Origin: Gammaproteobacteria bacterium
GTDB taxonomy: Bacteria > Pseudomonadota > Gammaproteobacteria > Eutrophobiales > Eutrophobiaceae
Assembly: GCA_965221695.1 (NCBI GenBank)
Contig: OZ244905.1
Coordinates: forward strand, 3,232,001-3,296,000
Direction: 5' to 3'
Length of the DNA stretch: 64,000 nucleotides
Numbering within the stretch: the stretch's first letter is position 1; every line of letters begins with the position of its first letter. The notes beneath the pieces are model-generated. The model did no database searches. It saw nothing but the letters and a program-made list of their open reading frames with translations, and was not told the origin of the DNA. The translations under genes were made by a program, and so were the position numbers. This document shows positions 1 to 9,867 of this stretch, in pieces.

Positions 1-882
1 GTCAATGTCATCCGGCCGGCGCCGACCGAGCAGGCGCTGACGGTAAAACTGACCGGTTCGGTCAGGGCATACGACAAGGTGGTGGTGCGCTCTGAAGTTG
101 CAGGGCGGGTGGTTTGGGTTTCACCCGATTTTACCAACGGTGGGTCGGTCACGGCAAACGAGGCGTTTGTCAGGCTTGATCCGGCTCGGTACGAACTTAA
201 GGTGGAAGCGGCGGAAATGGCAGTCAGTCAAGCACAAAATACCGGCGCCGCCCAAACTGCGCTGAAACTTGCACAACTCGATCTTGCGCGTACCGAGATT
301 TCGCTTCCCTACGATGCCCGGGTAATATCATCATCCATTTCGGTGGGCGAACTGGTTGGCCCCGTTGAAGGGCTGGACGGCGCCGCCTCAATACTGGGCA
401 TCGTTTATCAACCCTCAATACTAGCGGTTGACGTTCCGATTGATCCGAAAGTCCTCGAATACCTCACACCCGTAATCGATCGTGCGGCAACTGTTCATAT
501 TCGGGCGGAGACATATTCAGCCAGTGTCAATCGCATCTCATCGGTAGTTGCGCCGCAGACGCGTATGGCGTCCCTGTTCCTGAGGTTTGCGCCGGATTAC
601 CCGCCGGAGTCGCTGCCCCTGCCGGGGTCGTTCGTCGAGGTTGAGATAGAAGGACCCGCTTACCAGGATGTCTTTGTGCTACCGGATTCCGTTCTCCAGG
701 AAGGCGACAGTGTATGGACAGTGCAGGACGGTGTCCTGCGTTCGCTCACACCACAAGCGCTTGGACGTGTCGACACTGGACTGGTGGTGGAGGCATTCGA
801 TGCGGGCGAGGGGATTGTTGCAGGCATTCTGCCCGGCGCCGGCGATGGCCTGGCAGTTCAGGTGGCTGAAACTTTGCAATAA
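1..882 (+). CDS. RND efflux periplasmic adaptor (membrane fusion protein), 5'-partial
   Basis: Frame is open from base 1 (VNVIRPAPTEQALTVKLTGSVRA...). Lipoyl-like SEVAGRVVWVS and ARTEISLPYDARV motifs. Directly upstream of an RND permease. Confidence 0.9.
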   Translation, partial: VNVIRPAPTEQALTVKLTGSVRAYDKVVVRSEVAGRVVWVSPDFTNGGSVTANEAFVRLDPARYELKVEAAEMAVSQAQNTGAAQTALKLAQLDLARTEISLPYDARVISSSISVGELVGPVEGLDGAASILGIVYQPSILAVDVPIDPKVLEYLTPVIDRAATVHIRAETYSASVNRISSVVAPQTRMASLFLRFAPDYPPESLPLPGSFVEVEIEGPAYQDVFVLPDSVLQEGDSVWTVQDGVLRSLTPQALGRVDTGLVVEAFDAGEGIVAGILPGAGDGLAVQVAETLQ

Positions 883-940
883 TAGCAAACAACCCTATCC
901 AGGCTGTTAAAGCCCTCAATCAGACAAAACCGGTGCAATC

Positions 941-3900
941 ATGAAATCAGGTCTTATCGCTTATTTTGCAGGAAATCCCGTTGCCGCCTACCTGCTGATG
1001 GCATTTCTGATTATCGGCGGGTTGCTGTCCGGGCAACAACTTGCGGTGCAGATTTACCCCGAGATGGATCTCCGCACAGTGACTGTAAAGGTGCGCACGC
1101 CCGGCTCGTCTCCCCGGGAAATTTCGGAAGATATCAACCGTCGAATTGAACAGAGCATAATCGGTATCTCCGGCGCTGAGCGGGTTGTCAGCGCCGCGAG
1201 TGAAGGCCTGGGAACGGTCACGGTTGAGGTGGCAACCTTTGCCAATCCCGCCACGGTCCTGGAAGATGTCCGCGAGGCAGTGGACAGCATTGATGGTTTT
1301 CCGCCCTTGACTGCGGAACAGCCTGAAGTGGAACTTGACCAACTCGATTATGAAGTCCTGACCCTGGCCGTCTTATCCGATGTTGTCGGAGAGAGGGAAT
1401 TACGGTCTGCCGCGGAGGCGTTGCGTGATGATCTGCTGGCGTTGCCGTCCATTTCACAGGTAAAGCTGCTGGGCACCCGTGACCGTGAGATAAGTATCGA
1501 ACTGAACGAGGAGGACCTGCAGCGTAATAACCTGACCGTCAACGATATCATCTCAGTAGCGCGGAACGCCTCATTCAACATGACGTTTGGTGAGTTGCGC
1601 ACGGGTTCCGGCGGTATTGTGCTGCACACGGTCGCAAAACGGCAAACAGGCAAAGAATTCGAGAACATACCGCTGATTACGCGGCTTGACGGCACGCTTG
1701 TCATGCTTGGCGATGTGGCGGAGATTCGCGATGGATTCAGTGATGAGGATGTTATCTCCGAAGTTGATGGCGCCCCCGCAGTTTTTGTGCGGATTGACAC
1801 GGCCCGGCAGCAGTCGATTGTTGCTATGGGCGAGGAGATCAAGAACTGGCTTGCGAACTATGAAACTCCCAGCACTGTCACGGTCTCGATCTGGAACGAC
1901 CGGGCACAGCCTGCGATTGACAGGATATCGGACATTCTCGGCAATGCGTTGCTCGGCATAATACTGGTTTTCATCTGCCTTGTTCTTGTGTTCGACCTGC
2001 GCGTTGCTATCTGGATAACCGTCGGCATCCCGCTGTCTCTGATCGGTTCACTGATGTTCTTTGAACTGGCGGACATGACGCTTAACGTTGCTACCATATT
2101 CGGGTTTTTCCTGCTGATCGGGATTGTCGTGGATGATGCTGTGGTAGTGGGTGAGAGCATCGCCGCGGAACGGGAGAGTGGGAAAAATGCTCTGGATGCG
2201 GCCATTTCCGGCGCGCACGCGGTAGTGGGTCCGATCACCATCGGCGTACTGACAACGCTGTTCGCTTTTTTTCCATTCCTGTTCATTACCTCGGGCAACT
2301 ACCAGATTGTAACCGTATTCCCCTATATGGCGCTGTTCGTCCTGTTTGTGTCGCTGGTTGAAGCATTCTTTATCCTGCCTGCCCACTTGTCGCATCAGCA
2401 ACGGTGGAGCCTGCCGCCGTTAAGCCTGGTTCAAGACAGGGTCAGTGGCAGGTTGAACGAGTTCCGCGACCAGGTGGTGGTGCCGGTAGTATCCTGGTCA
2501 GTAAGAAACACTTTCATCACGCTGGCAGGCGGCATACTGCTGATAATATTGGCGCTGGCGTTGCTTCGCTCCGATATCGTCCGACTCGTCCTTTTCGATA
2601 AATCGGCCTATGCCGGCAATCATGTTCAAGCTGATATTTACCTCCCGGTCGGCGCGCCTTTTGACGCCACTCACGCTACTGCAGAACATTTCGTAGATGC
2701 CGCGCAGGCCATGAATGAAGAGCTTGGCGGAATGGCGATAAACTCGGTCAGTATGCTGGTTGGTAACGTTATGTTGCCGTCGTATATGGACCGGGACTTC
2801 AATGAGAGCCACATGGCGACGGTAAGGCTACACCTTAATGAAAAGCCGCTCCGCACGGTAACACCCCAGGAAATAGAAAGAGCATGGCGCGGGAAACTCG
2901 GTGATATTTCCTACCTGGAAAAAACTGAATTCCAGACCACACGTATGCATATCGGAGCAAGCGCCGCCTACGCGCTGAAACATGAAGATTTCGAGGTTCT
3001 GAAGCAAGCAACGGCTGAACTGAAATCCCGTATGGCCACTATCCCGGGCATTTACGGAATTTCCGACAGTTTGTCTCTCGGCAAACGGCATTTTGAGATT
3101 GCGCTTACACCGGCTGGCATTGCCGCGGGACTGTCGCCGGCAGTTGTCGGCGCGCAGTTACGCGCCAATTTCCATGGAATCGAGGTACAGCGGATCCAGA
3201 GCGGTAACGAAGAGATTAAAGTAGTAGTAAGGTATCCGCCTGATCGGCGGGGAAGTCTGCGTGAACTCGCGGAGGAGCATATCCGGCTACCCGGCAACGG
3301 CAGGGAAATCCCATTTTCCATGGTGGCGCAAATCACGGAACAACGTGAATTAACCAAGTTGGTCCGCGTAAATGGTAAGCAAACGGCTCTGCTCAGCGCA
3401 CACGCCGATACATCGGTTGTCACGCCCAGACAGGCCAGGCGTACTATCAGTCAGGAGGTCTTTCCGGAACTGCTGGCAAAGTATCCCGGTCTGAAGATCG
3501 AGGCTGACCAGGGCGCAAGAGATGAGAGAGCTTTATTGAAGACCCTGGGTTTATTGGTGCCCATAGTTCTGATTGCAATGTATGCGCTCATTGCCGCATT
3601 CCTGCGCAGCTACTGGAAACCGGTTATCGCCGTTGCCGGTATTCCCATCGCATTCTCCGGCGCGGTCCTGAGCCATTGGCTGCTCGGTTGGGATTTCACT
3701 GCCATGTCGATATTCGGTGTGGTGGGCGTCTCCGGGATTGTCGTGAATGATGCACTGGTGCTGCTGGATCGCTACAACCGGATTCGCCAGGAAGATGATA
3801 ATGTGTTTCCGGCCATTGCCGCTGCATCTGCGGCGACCCGCCATCGTTTCCGGGCGGTTCTGCTGACGAGTCTCACAACCATCCTGGGTTTGTCTCCGTT

Positions 3901-4039
3901 GCTCTACGAACGCAGCGACGAACTGATATACCTGGTGCCGTTTGTCGTGAGCATGCTCGGCGGCCTGGTATTCGCGACCCTGGCTACCCTGGTATTGCTG
4001 CCGACGCTGGTCATGGTTGTCGAAGGCCGCAAGGAATAG
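941..4039 (+). CDS. RND transporter permease, AcrB/AcrD/AcrF family
   Basis: 1032 aa with two TM bundles; TM4 GIVVDDAVVVGE, TM10 GIVVNDALVL, TM11 RFRAVLLTSLTT. Confidence 0.95.
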   Translation: MKSGLIAYFAGNPVAAYLLMAFLIIGGLLSGQQLAVQIYPEMDLRTVTVKVRTPGSSPREISEDINRRIEQSIIGISGAERVVSAASEGLGTVTVEVATFANPATVLEDVREAVDSIDGFPPLTAEQPEVELDQLDYEVLTLAVLSDVVGERELRSAAEALRDDLLALPSISQVKLLGTRDREISIELNEEDLQRNNLTVNDIISVARNASFNMTFGELRTGSGGIVLHTVAKRQTGKEFENIPLITRLDGTLVMLGDVAEIRDGFSDEDVISEVDGAPAVFVRIDTARQQSIVAMGEEIKNWLANYETPSTVTVSIWNDRAQPAIDRISDILGNALLGIILVFICLVLVFDLRVAIWITVGIPLSLIGSLMFFELADMTLNVATIFGFFLLIGIVVDDAVVVGESIAAERESGKNALDAAISGAHAVVGPITIGVLTTLFAFFPFLFITSGNYQIVTVFPYMALFVLFVSLVEAFFILPAHLSHQQRWSLPPLSLVQDRVSGRLNEFRDQVVVPVVSWSVRNTFITLAGGILLIILALALLRSDIVRLVLFDKSAYAGNHVQADIYLPVGAPFDATHATAEHFVDAAQAMNEELGGMAINSVSMLVGNVMLPSYMDRDFNESHMATVRLHLNEKPLRTVTPQEIERAWRGKLGDISYLEKTEFQTTRMHIGASAAYALKHEDFEVLKQATAELKSRMATIPGIYGISDSLSLGKRHFEIALTPAGIAAGLSPAVVGAQLRANFHGIEVQRIQSGNEEIKVVVRYPPDRRGSLRELAEEHIRLPGNGREIPFSMVAQITEQRELTKLVRVNGKQTALLSAHADTSVVTPRQARRTISQEVFPELLAKYPGLKIEADQGARDERALLKTLGLLVPIVLIAMYALIAAFLRSYWKPVIAVAGIPIAFSGAVLSHWLLGWDFTAMSIFGVVGVSGIVVNDALVLLDRYNRIRQEDDNVFPAIAAASAATRHRFRAVLLTSLTTILGLSPLLYERSDELIYLVPFVVSMLGGLVFATLATLVLLPTLVMVVEGRKE

Positions 4040-4072
4040 CTCCGTTTCGCAACGGGATGGGGATAAAACCGA

Positions 4073-4288
4073 TCAGGTCAGTTTCATAATGGCGATAGCT
4101 AGACCGGCTATGCCCAACATCCATTTTATCAATCGGTTTTCCATATTCGCCAAACTGGTTTGCATGTTTGCAATATCCAGTTTTGTCGCCACCTGTTCGC
4201 TTTGGGTCACATCGTTGACCGCTTCAGTTGCCAGTTGTTTATCCACGCCGGCTGCCATTAATGCATTATAGAGCGCCAAGCTACTCAC
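4073..4288 (-). CDS. Small DUF1640/CCDC90-like coiled-coil membrane protein
   Basis: LYNALMAAGV...VATKLDI...LIKWMLG with a C-terminal TM helix. GGAGA RBS precedes the GTG at 4288. Confidence 0.7.
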   Translation of the reverse strand: MSSLALYNALMAAGVDKQLATEAVNDVTQSEQVATKLDIANMQTSLANMENRLIKWMLGIAGLAIAIMKLT

Positions 4289-4427
4289 TGTTATCTCTCC
4301 AAATCTATATCGTTTAACCAAAGGTTTATTTGGAATGCTTATCGTCGCGTTCCCTCGATTCCGCTCTGGGCTGTATTATAATATGCTCCTGTAAATAATG
4401 TAAGCTCTGCTCAAGTCGATTTAAACC

Positions 4428-6227
4428 ATGTCCCGGACAATCAACCGCAGGGATCTCGATTTTCTGATCTACGAAATGCTCGATGTCGAGAGCCTGTGCG
4501 CGCGCGAGGTTTTTTCCGGCCAGGGGCGCGACGTTTTCGACCCCATGCTCGACCTGGCCGAGGATATCGCCCGGGATCACTTTCTGGCCTGTGCGGATGC
4601 CGGGGACAAGCAGCCTGCGGAACTGGTGGACGGCAAGGTAAGGATGATTCCCGAAGCGCAAACCGCAATGGATAACCTGTACGAAGCCGGGTTTGTCGCT
4701 TCCTGTCTGGATGCTGAATATGGCGGCCTGCAACTGCCTGTGACGGTAGCCAACGCTTGCATGGCCGTATTTCAATCGGCCAACACGGGGTTGTGTGGCC
4801 TGCCGTTCCTCTCGGTGGGCGTTGCCAACCTGATCAACGCCTACGGGAGCGCAGAACAAAAAGCCCGGTATATTCCACCGTTACTGAACGGCCGGTTTTA
4901 CGGCACCATGTGCCTGTCCGAGCCCCACGCGGGGTCCTCACTGACCGATATCCGCACCAGGGCTGAATTGCAACAGGACGGGACCTACCGCATAACCGGC
5001 AACAAGATGTGGATTACCGGTGGAGAACATGAACTGAGCGAGAATATCATTCACATGGCGCTGGCGAAGATCCCGGGTGGTCCGCCAGGCGTAAAAGGCA
5101 TTTCGCTGTTTATTATCCCGCGTTACCGGGTCGAAACAGATGGCGGTGTGGGTGAGGCCAACGATGTTTCCCTGGCCGGTCTGAACCATAAGATGGGGCA
5201 GTGCGTCACACCGAACTGTGCGCTGAATTTCGGTGAGAACGGAGGTTGTACCGGTTACCTGGTGGGCGAACCTCATCGCGGACTGGAGTATATGTTTCTT
5301 ATGATGAACGAAGCCCGTATCGGCGTGGGAATGGCCGCGATTGGTACAGGTTATGCGGGCTACCAATATTCGCTGGAGTATGCGCGCGAACGCGTTCAGG
5401 GCCGATTGCCGGACAATAAGGACCCGGCAAATCAAATGGTCCCCATTATTCAACATGCCGACGTAAAGCGTATGCTTCTGGCACAGAAAGCCTACGTGGA
5501 AGGGGGGTTGGCGCTGTGCCTGTTTGCCTCTTCCCTGGTTGACGAGGAGAAAACCAACCCGGACGCAACGCAACGAAACGAATCAGCCCTGTTGCTGGAT
5601 GTGCTGGTGCCGATTGTGAAGGCCTGGTGCGCCGAGTGGAGCCTGGAAGCGAACAAACATGCCATCCAGATCCTGGGCGGGTACGGTTACACCACGGACT
5701 TTCCGGTAGAGCGTCTGTACCGGGATAACCGCATCAACATGATTCATGAGGGCGCTAACGGTATCCATGGCATCGACCTGCTGGGCCGGAAGGTAATGAT
5801 GCAAAATGGCGCGGGGTTCAGGTTGCTGGTACGCAGGATACAACAGGATGCTGACGCGGCGGGGGCTAGCGGGAACTTGTCGGACTATGTCGCAGACCTC
5901 AACCGGGCCGTGGCAACCGTAACGGAAACGACGGAAGTTCTGGCCGCAACGGCAGCCAGCGGAGATTTGAGCAGGTTTCTGGCGAACTCCTCTGCGTACC
6001 TGGACATGCTCGGCCACGTGGTCGTTGCCTGGTTGTGGTTGAAACAGGCCGTGGTCGCCCGGTCTGGCTTGGCGCAGGCAAACGACGCCGACCGGCAATT
6101 CTACCAGGGCAAGCTGCAGGCCTGCCGCTATTTCTTCCGCTGGGAACTGCCGAAAATCAAGGCCCAGGCCGAGTTGCTGTCCGGGTTGGATACGACCTGC
6201 CTGGATATGCCGGAAGAATCGTTTTAA
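4428..6227 (+). CDS. Acyl-CoA dehydrogenase (large ~600-aa FadE/DmdC-like type)
   Basis: GTMCLSEPHAGS, GNKMWITGG, MMNEARIGVG, QILGGYGY and IHEGANGIH motifs. Confidence 0.95.
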   Translation: MSRTINRRDLDFLIYEMLDVESLCAREVFSGQGRDVFDPMLDLAEDIARDHFLACADAGDKQPAELVDGKVRMIPEAQTAMDNLYEAGFVASCLDAEYGGLQLPVTVANACMAVFQSANTGLCGLPFLSVGVANLINAYGSAEQKARYIPPLLNGRFYGTMCLSEPHAGSSLTDIRTRAELQQDGTYRITGNKMWITGGEHELSENIIHMALAKIPGGPPGVKGISLFIIPRYRVETDGGVGEANDVSLAGLNHKMGQCVTPNCALNFGENGGCTGYLVGEPHRGLEYMFLMMNEARIGVGMAAIGTGYAGYQYSLEYARERVQGRLPDNKDPANQMVPIIQHADVKRMLLAQKAYVEGGLALCLFASSLVDEEKTNPDATQRNESALLLDVLVPIVKAWCAEWSLEANKHAIQILGGYGYTTDFPVERLYRDNRINMIHEGANGIHGIDLLGRKVMMQNGAGFRLLVRRIQQDADAAGASGNLSDYVADLNRAVATVTETTEVLAATAASGDLSRFLANSSAYLDMLGHVVVAWLWLKQAVVARSGLAQANDADRQFYQGKLQACRYFFRWELPKIKAQAELLSGLDTTCLDMPEESF

Positions 6228-6245
6228 GGAAGCTCTGAACAAGTC
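6225..6245 (+). repeat. Left-end remnant of the palindromic MITE-like element
   Basis: TAAGGAAGCTCTGAACAAGTC matches the left end of the 22457-22616 element; its TAA is the ACAD stop codon. Confidence 0.7.
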
Positions 6246-6296
6246 TCCAAGTGTTCTTTATTCTATAATTGAATCCAGTGGCTTGAGATCTGAGTT

Positions 6297-7610
6297 ATGG
6301 CAATAATCAATGAGAGCGTCGAGGCATCCCTGGATGCGGCCGCGAGTAACGAAACCGCCTACACCATTTCCGTAGGCGATACGTTCAACGGCATCCTGGA
6401 TCACAGGTTAGACGAGGACTGGATCGGGATAGAACTGGAGAGGGGGAAAACCTATACGATTGCCCTGTCAGGGCGCGGGTCGGCCCCCGACAAGGCGGAA
6501 GACACCATCCTGAAATTGTTCGATGCCGTGGAGAATCACATTCTCACGAACGACGATATCGATGCGAAAAACCGCGTGTTCGATTCACGCTTGACGTTTA
6601 CCGTGCTTGCCAGCGACATCTACTATATCAGCGCTGCCAGCTATACCAGCAACCCGGCCACGGACAATTCCGGGACTTATACGATACAGGTTGATGAGAT
6701 AGAGGTGGTTACCACCATAGACGGTACTGTCACGGGTACCCGGTGGGATAACAGCCTGACCGGGACCGATGGGGTAGAAAAGATCTATGGACTCGAGGGA
6801 AACGATTACCTGTACGGCCTTGGCGGTGACGATGAACTGGACGGCGGAGCCGGTGACGACACGTTGAACGGAGGCGGCGGCGCCGACAGGCTGACCGGTG
6901 GTGATGGCGAAGACACCGTGTCCTACGCGGGTTCTCCCGCAGGTGTGACGGTGCGCCTGCATCATCCCACACCTCGGGGAGGTGACGCTCAGGGCGATAC
7001 GTTCGAGGGTGCTGTCACTTTTACATATACGGACAACGGCAATCGGGTGGATGTGGAACTGCCGGACATCATCAACCTGAGCGGTTCGGATCATGATGAT
7101 ATCCTGGCCGGTGATCAGCGGGCCAACACGCTTTCAGGAGGAAGAGGCAACGATACGATATACGGGGGCCCCGGCGGTGACGATACGAACAGTGACATCA
7201 TAGACGGTGGCCCGGGAGATGACAGGCTGTTCGGCGGCCGGGGCGATGATACGCTGTACGGCGGCGAGGGTAACGACACACTCAAGGGCGGATCCGGCGC
7301 TGACATCCTGGTGGCCGGTTCCGGCGATGACATGCTGTTCGGCGGCGCTGGCCCGGATGTGCTTGAAAGCGGCGCCGGTTTTGACACCTTCATCTTCGCT
7401 TCAGGACATGGGGAAGATACCATAATCGATTTCAGAAACGGCAGGGATTTAATCGACATCAGCGCGTTTGATCTACCGGGTTTCGATGACCTTGCCATTT
7501 CGTCAGGTACCGAAGGTGTGACTATCGACTTGACGGAACAGGGGGGAGGAACCATCCTGTTGGAAGATTTCCCTATCGCCAACCTGGATGCGGGAGACTT
7601 CCTGTTCTGA
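6297..7610 (+). CDS. RTX Ca2+-binding repeat protein with an N-terminal PPC-like domain, probable T1SS substrate
   Basis: Many GGxGxDxL nonapeptides; DEDWIGIELERGKTYTIAL (PPC-like); C-terminal DTIIDF...DLIDIS...DFLF. Confidence 0.85.
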   Translation: MAIINESVEASLDAAASNETAYTISVGDTFNGILDHRLDEDWIGIELERGKTYTIALSGRGSAPDKAEDTILKLFDAVENHILTNDDIDAKNRVFDSRLTFTVLASDIYYISAASYTSNPATDNSGTYTIQVDEIEVVTTIDGTVTGTRWDNSLTGTDGVEKIYGLEGNDYLYGLGGDDELDGGAGDDTLNGGGGADRLTGGDGEDTVSYAGSPAGVTVRLHHPTPRGGDAQGDTFEGAVTFTYTDNGNRVDVELPDIINLSGSDHDDILAGDQRANTLSGGRGNDTIYGGPGGDDTNSDIIDGGPGDDRLFGGRGDDTLYGGEGNDTLKGGSGADILVAGSGDDMLFGGAGPDVLESGAGFDTFIFASGHGEDTIIDFRNGRDLIDISAFDLPGFDDLAISSGTEGVTIDLTEQGGGTILLEDFPIANLDAGDFLF

Positions 7611-7719
7611 CCGGCGGCAGCTTATCTGTGGGCGAGTGGGTTCAGGATACGACCCCGACCAGGTCCACATGATGTCCGCATGATATCCTTGGATAATCCG
7701 GTCATACAACGTTATTACA

Positions 7720-8730
7720 ATGGAAGCCTTTGATACGGAAAAACTGAATTTCTACCTTGAAGATCAGGTTGCCGGTTTCCGCGGGCTGGTCAAGGCAAAA
7801 AAGTTCCCCGGTGGCCAGTCGAACCCGACCTGGTTGCTGAGCGCGACAAGCGGCCGCTACGTGTTACGCAGCAAACCCCATGGCGACCTGCTCAAGTCAG
7901 CCCATGCCGTGGACCGCGAGTTCAGGGTGATACACGCGTTGGCCGCTACCGATGTGCCGGTTGCCCGCGCGCTGTGCCTGTGTGAGGACGAGGGAGTCAC
8001 CGGCGCTATGTTCTACGTGATGAGCTACGAGGAAGGTCGCATATTCTGGGATCCGGCGCTGCCGGAACTCAGTAAAACAGAACGGGCGGGTTATTATCGC
8101 GAGTTGATCCGTGTTCTTGCCGCGATACATAGCGTCGATATCGGCTGTGCCGGCCTGGGTGATTATGGCCGGCCAGGCAACTACTACGAGCGCCAGATCA
8201 GCCGCTGGACAAAGCAATACAAGGCTGCCGAAACTGCTGTTATCGAACCCATAAATACGTTGATGGAGTGGCTGCCGGCCAATACCCCGACAGATGACGG
8301 CCAGAGCGCGTTAATCCACGGGGACTACCGCCTGGACAACCTGATCTTCCATCCCGATAAGACGCGCATCCGAGCTGTGATAGACTGGGAACTCTCCACC
8401 CTCGGTCATCCCCTGGCGGATCTGGCTTATCTTTGCATGTGTCTGCGCCTGCCGGCCGAAGGAGACGTCAGAGGATTGGCGGATAAGGACCGCACCGCGC
8501 TGGGCGTGCCGGATGAACAGGCCGTTATCGAGCAATACTGTGAATTTCGCGACATCCCGGCAATAGAAAACTGGCATTTTTACCTGGCCTTCAGCTATTT
8601 TCGCATGGCCTCCATCTGCCAGGGCGTCTACAAGCGCGGCCTGGACGGCAACGCTTCCAGCACAAAAGCGCTGGAACTGGGCAGGCTGGTTGAACCCCTT
8701 GCCACAGCAGCGGTGGAATTGATTAACTGA
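7720..8730 (+). CDS. APH-family phosphotransferase (ACAD10/11 kinase-domain-like)
   Basis: GGQSNPT, SAHAVDREFRV, HGDYRLDN and DWELSTLGHP motifs. Confidence 0.92.
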   Translation: MEAFDTEKLNFYLEDQVAGFRGLVKAKKFPGGQSNPTWLLSATSGRYVLRSKPHGDLLKSAHAVDREFRVIHALAATDVPVARALCLCEDEGVTGAMFYVMSYEEGRIFWDPALPELSKTERAGYYRELIRVLAAIHSVDIGCAGLGDYGRPGNYYERQISRWTKQYKAAETAVIEPINTLMEWLPANTPTDDGQSALIHGDYRLDNLIFHPDKTRIRAVIDWELSTLGHPLADLAYLCMCLRLPAEGDVRGLADKDRTALGVPDEQAVIEQYCEFRDIPAIENWHFYLAFSYFRMASICQGVYKRGLDGNASSTKALELGRLVEPLATAAVELIN

Positions 8731-8779
8731 TGCGCGTTCTTTCCACAAACATAGACAGTTTTTTTTCGAGGTGAAAAAA

Positions 8780-9544
8780 ATGGCAACAGATCTGTTTGAC
8801 TTGAGCGGCAAGATCGCGTTGGTAACCGGCGCCAGTCGCGGCATCGGCGCCGAGGCCGCGCGCCTGCTGGCCCGACAGGGCGCTCACGTTATTATCTCCA
8901 GCCGCAAGCAAGCAGCCTGCGAGGAAGTGGCCGGCAGTATCCGGGATGAAGGCGGGCAGGCGGCCGCGTTGGCCTGCCACATCGGCGACCTGGGGCAAAT
9001 CGATGCGATCTTTGCCCGGATTAGGCAAGAGTATGGCCGCTTGGATGTGCTGGTCAACAATGCCGTAACAAACCCTTATTACGGTCCCATCACGGAAACA
9101 GACGCCGCCGCGTTTGATAAGACCGTTGAGGTCAACTTGCGCGGGTACTTCTTCATGTCCGCCAATGCGTGCAAGCTGATGAAGGAAAACGGCGGCGGTT
9201 CCATCGTCAACGTGGCGTCCGTGGACGGGGTCAGGCCCGGCGCGATGCGGGGTATTTATTCCATCACCAAGAGCGGCATCATCCAGATGACCAAGGCGTT
9301 TGCGCAGGAGTGCGGTCCGGACAATATCCGGGTAAACGCGCTGCTACCGGGATTGACCGATACAAAATTCGCCGGCGCCCTGACCGGCAATGATGCAATT
9401 CTGAAATCCTGGTTGGATGAAATGCCGTTGCGGCGCTATGCCCAGCCGGATGAGATGGCCGGCGCTATCCTGTTCCTGGCATCCGCCGCCTCCGGCTTTG
9501 CTACCGGCAGTATCCTTCCCGTGGACGGGGGCTACCTGATTTGA
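8780..9544 (+). CDS. SDR family oxidoreductase
   Basis: TGASRGIG, NNA and YSITK motifs; GAGGTG RBS before the ATG at 8780. Confidence 0.93.
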   Translation: MATDLFDLSGKIALVTGASRGIGAEAARLLARQGAHVIISSRKQAACEEVAGSIRDEGGQAAALACHIGDLGQIDAIFARIRQEYGRLDVLVNNAVTNPYYGPITETDAAAFDKTVEVNLRGYFFMSANACKLMKENGGGSIVNVASVDGVRPGAMRGIYSITKSGIIQMTKAFAQECGPDNIRVNALLPGLTDTKFAGALTGNDAILKSWLDEMPLRRYAQPDEMAGAILFLASAASGFATGSILPVDGGYLI

Positions 9545-9550
9545 CGAGGA

Positions 9551-9784
9551 TCAGGCAATAATCTTCCACAGGACGGCCATGGTGAATGCCAGGTTGAAAC
9601 CAAGCATCCATTTCAGCAGACTCAATTGCGCTTGCACGTCATCAACCCGTTTATCGAGCAGTTGTATATCCGCCTTGGTTGCCAGGTTTTCGGAAGATAA
9701 GGCTTCCGCTGCCTGACGCGCTTGATCATGCGGCACACCCGCAGTGATAAAAGCCTGGTAAACTTCGGAAATCATAGTTGCCAT
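9551..9784 (-). CDS. Small DUF1640/CCDC90-like coiled-coil membrane protein
   Basis: EVYQAFITAGV...LATKADI...LLKWMLG with a TM tail; same architecture as 4073-4288. Confidence 0.72.
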   Translation of the reverse strand: MATMISEVYQAFITAGVPHDQARQAAEALSSENLATKADIQLLDKRVDDVQAQLSLLKWMLGFNLAFTMAVLWKIIA

Positions 9785-9867
9785 GGGCACATATTATAGC
9801 ATTCTTAACTTATTTAAACCTACATTCGTTTTGCCGCTATCACATACGGGTTAAGAAAGCCAGCCAA

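Noticed and set aside
6740-7400. GGCGGC/GACGAC-rich repeats as a DNA repeat element
   Set aside because: Fully explained by the RTX nonapeptide coding repeats.
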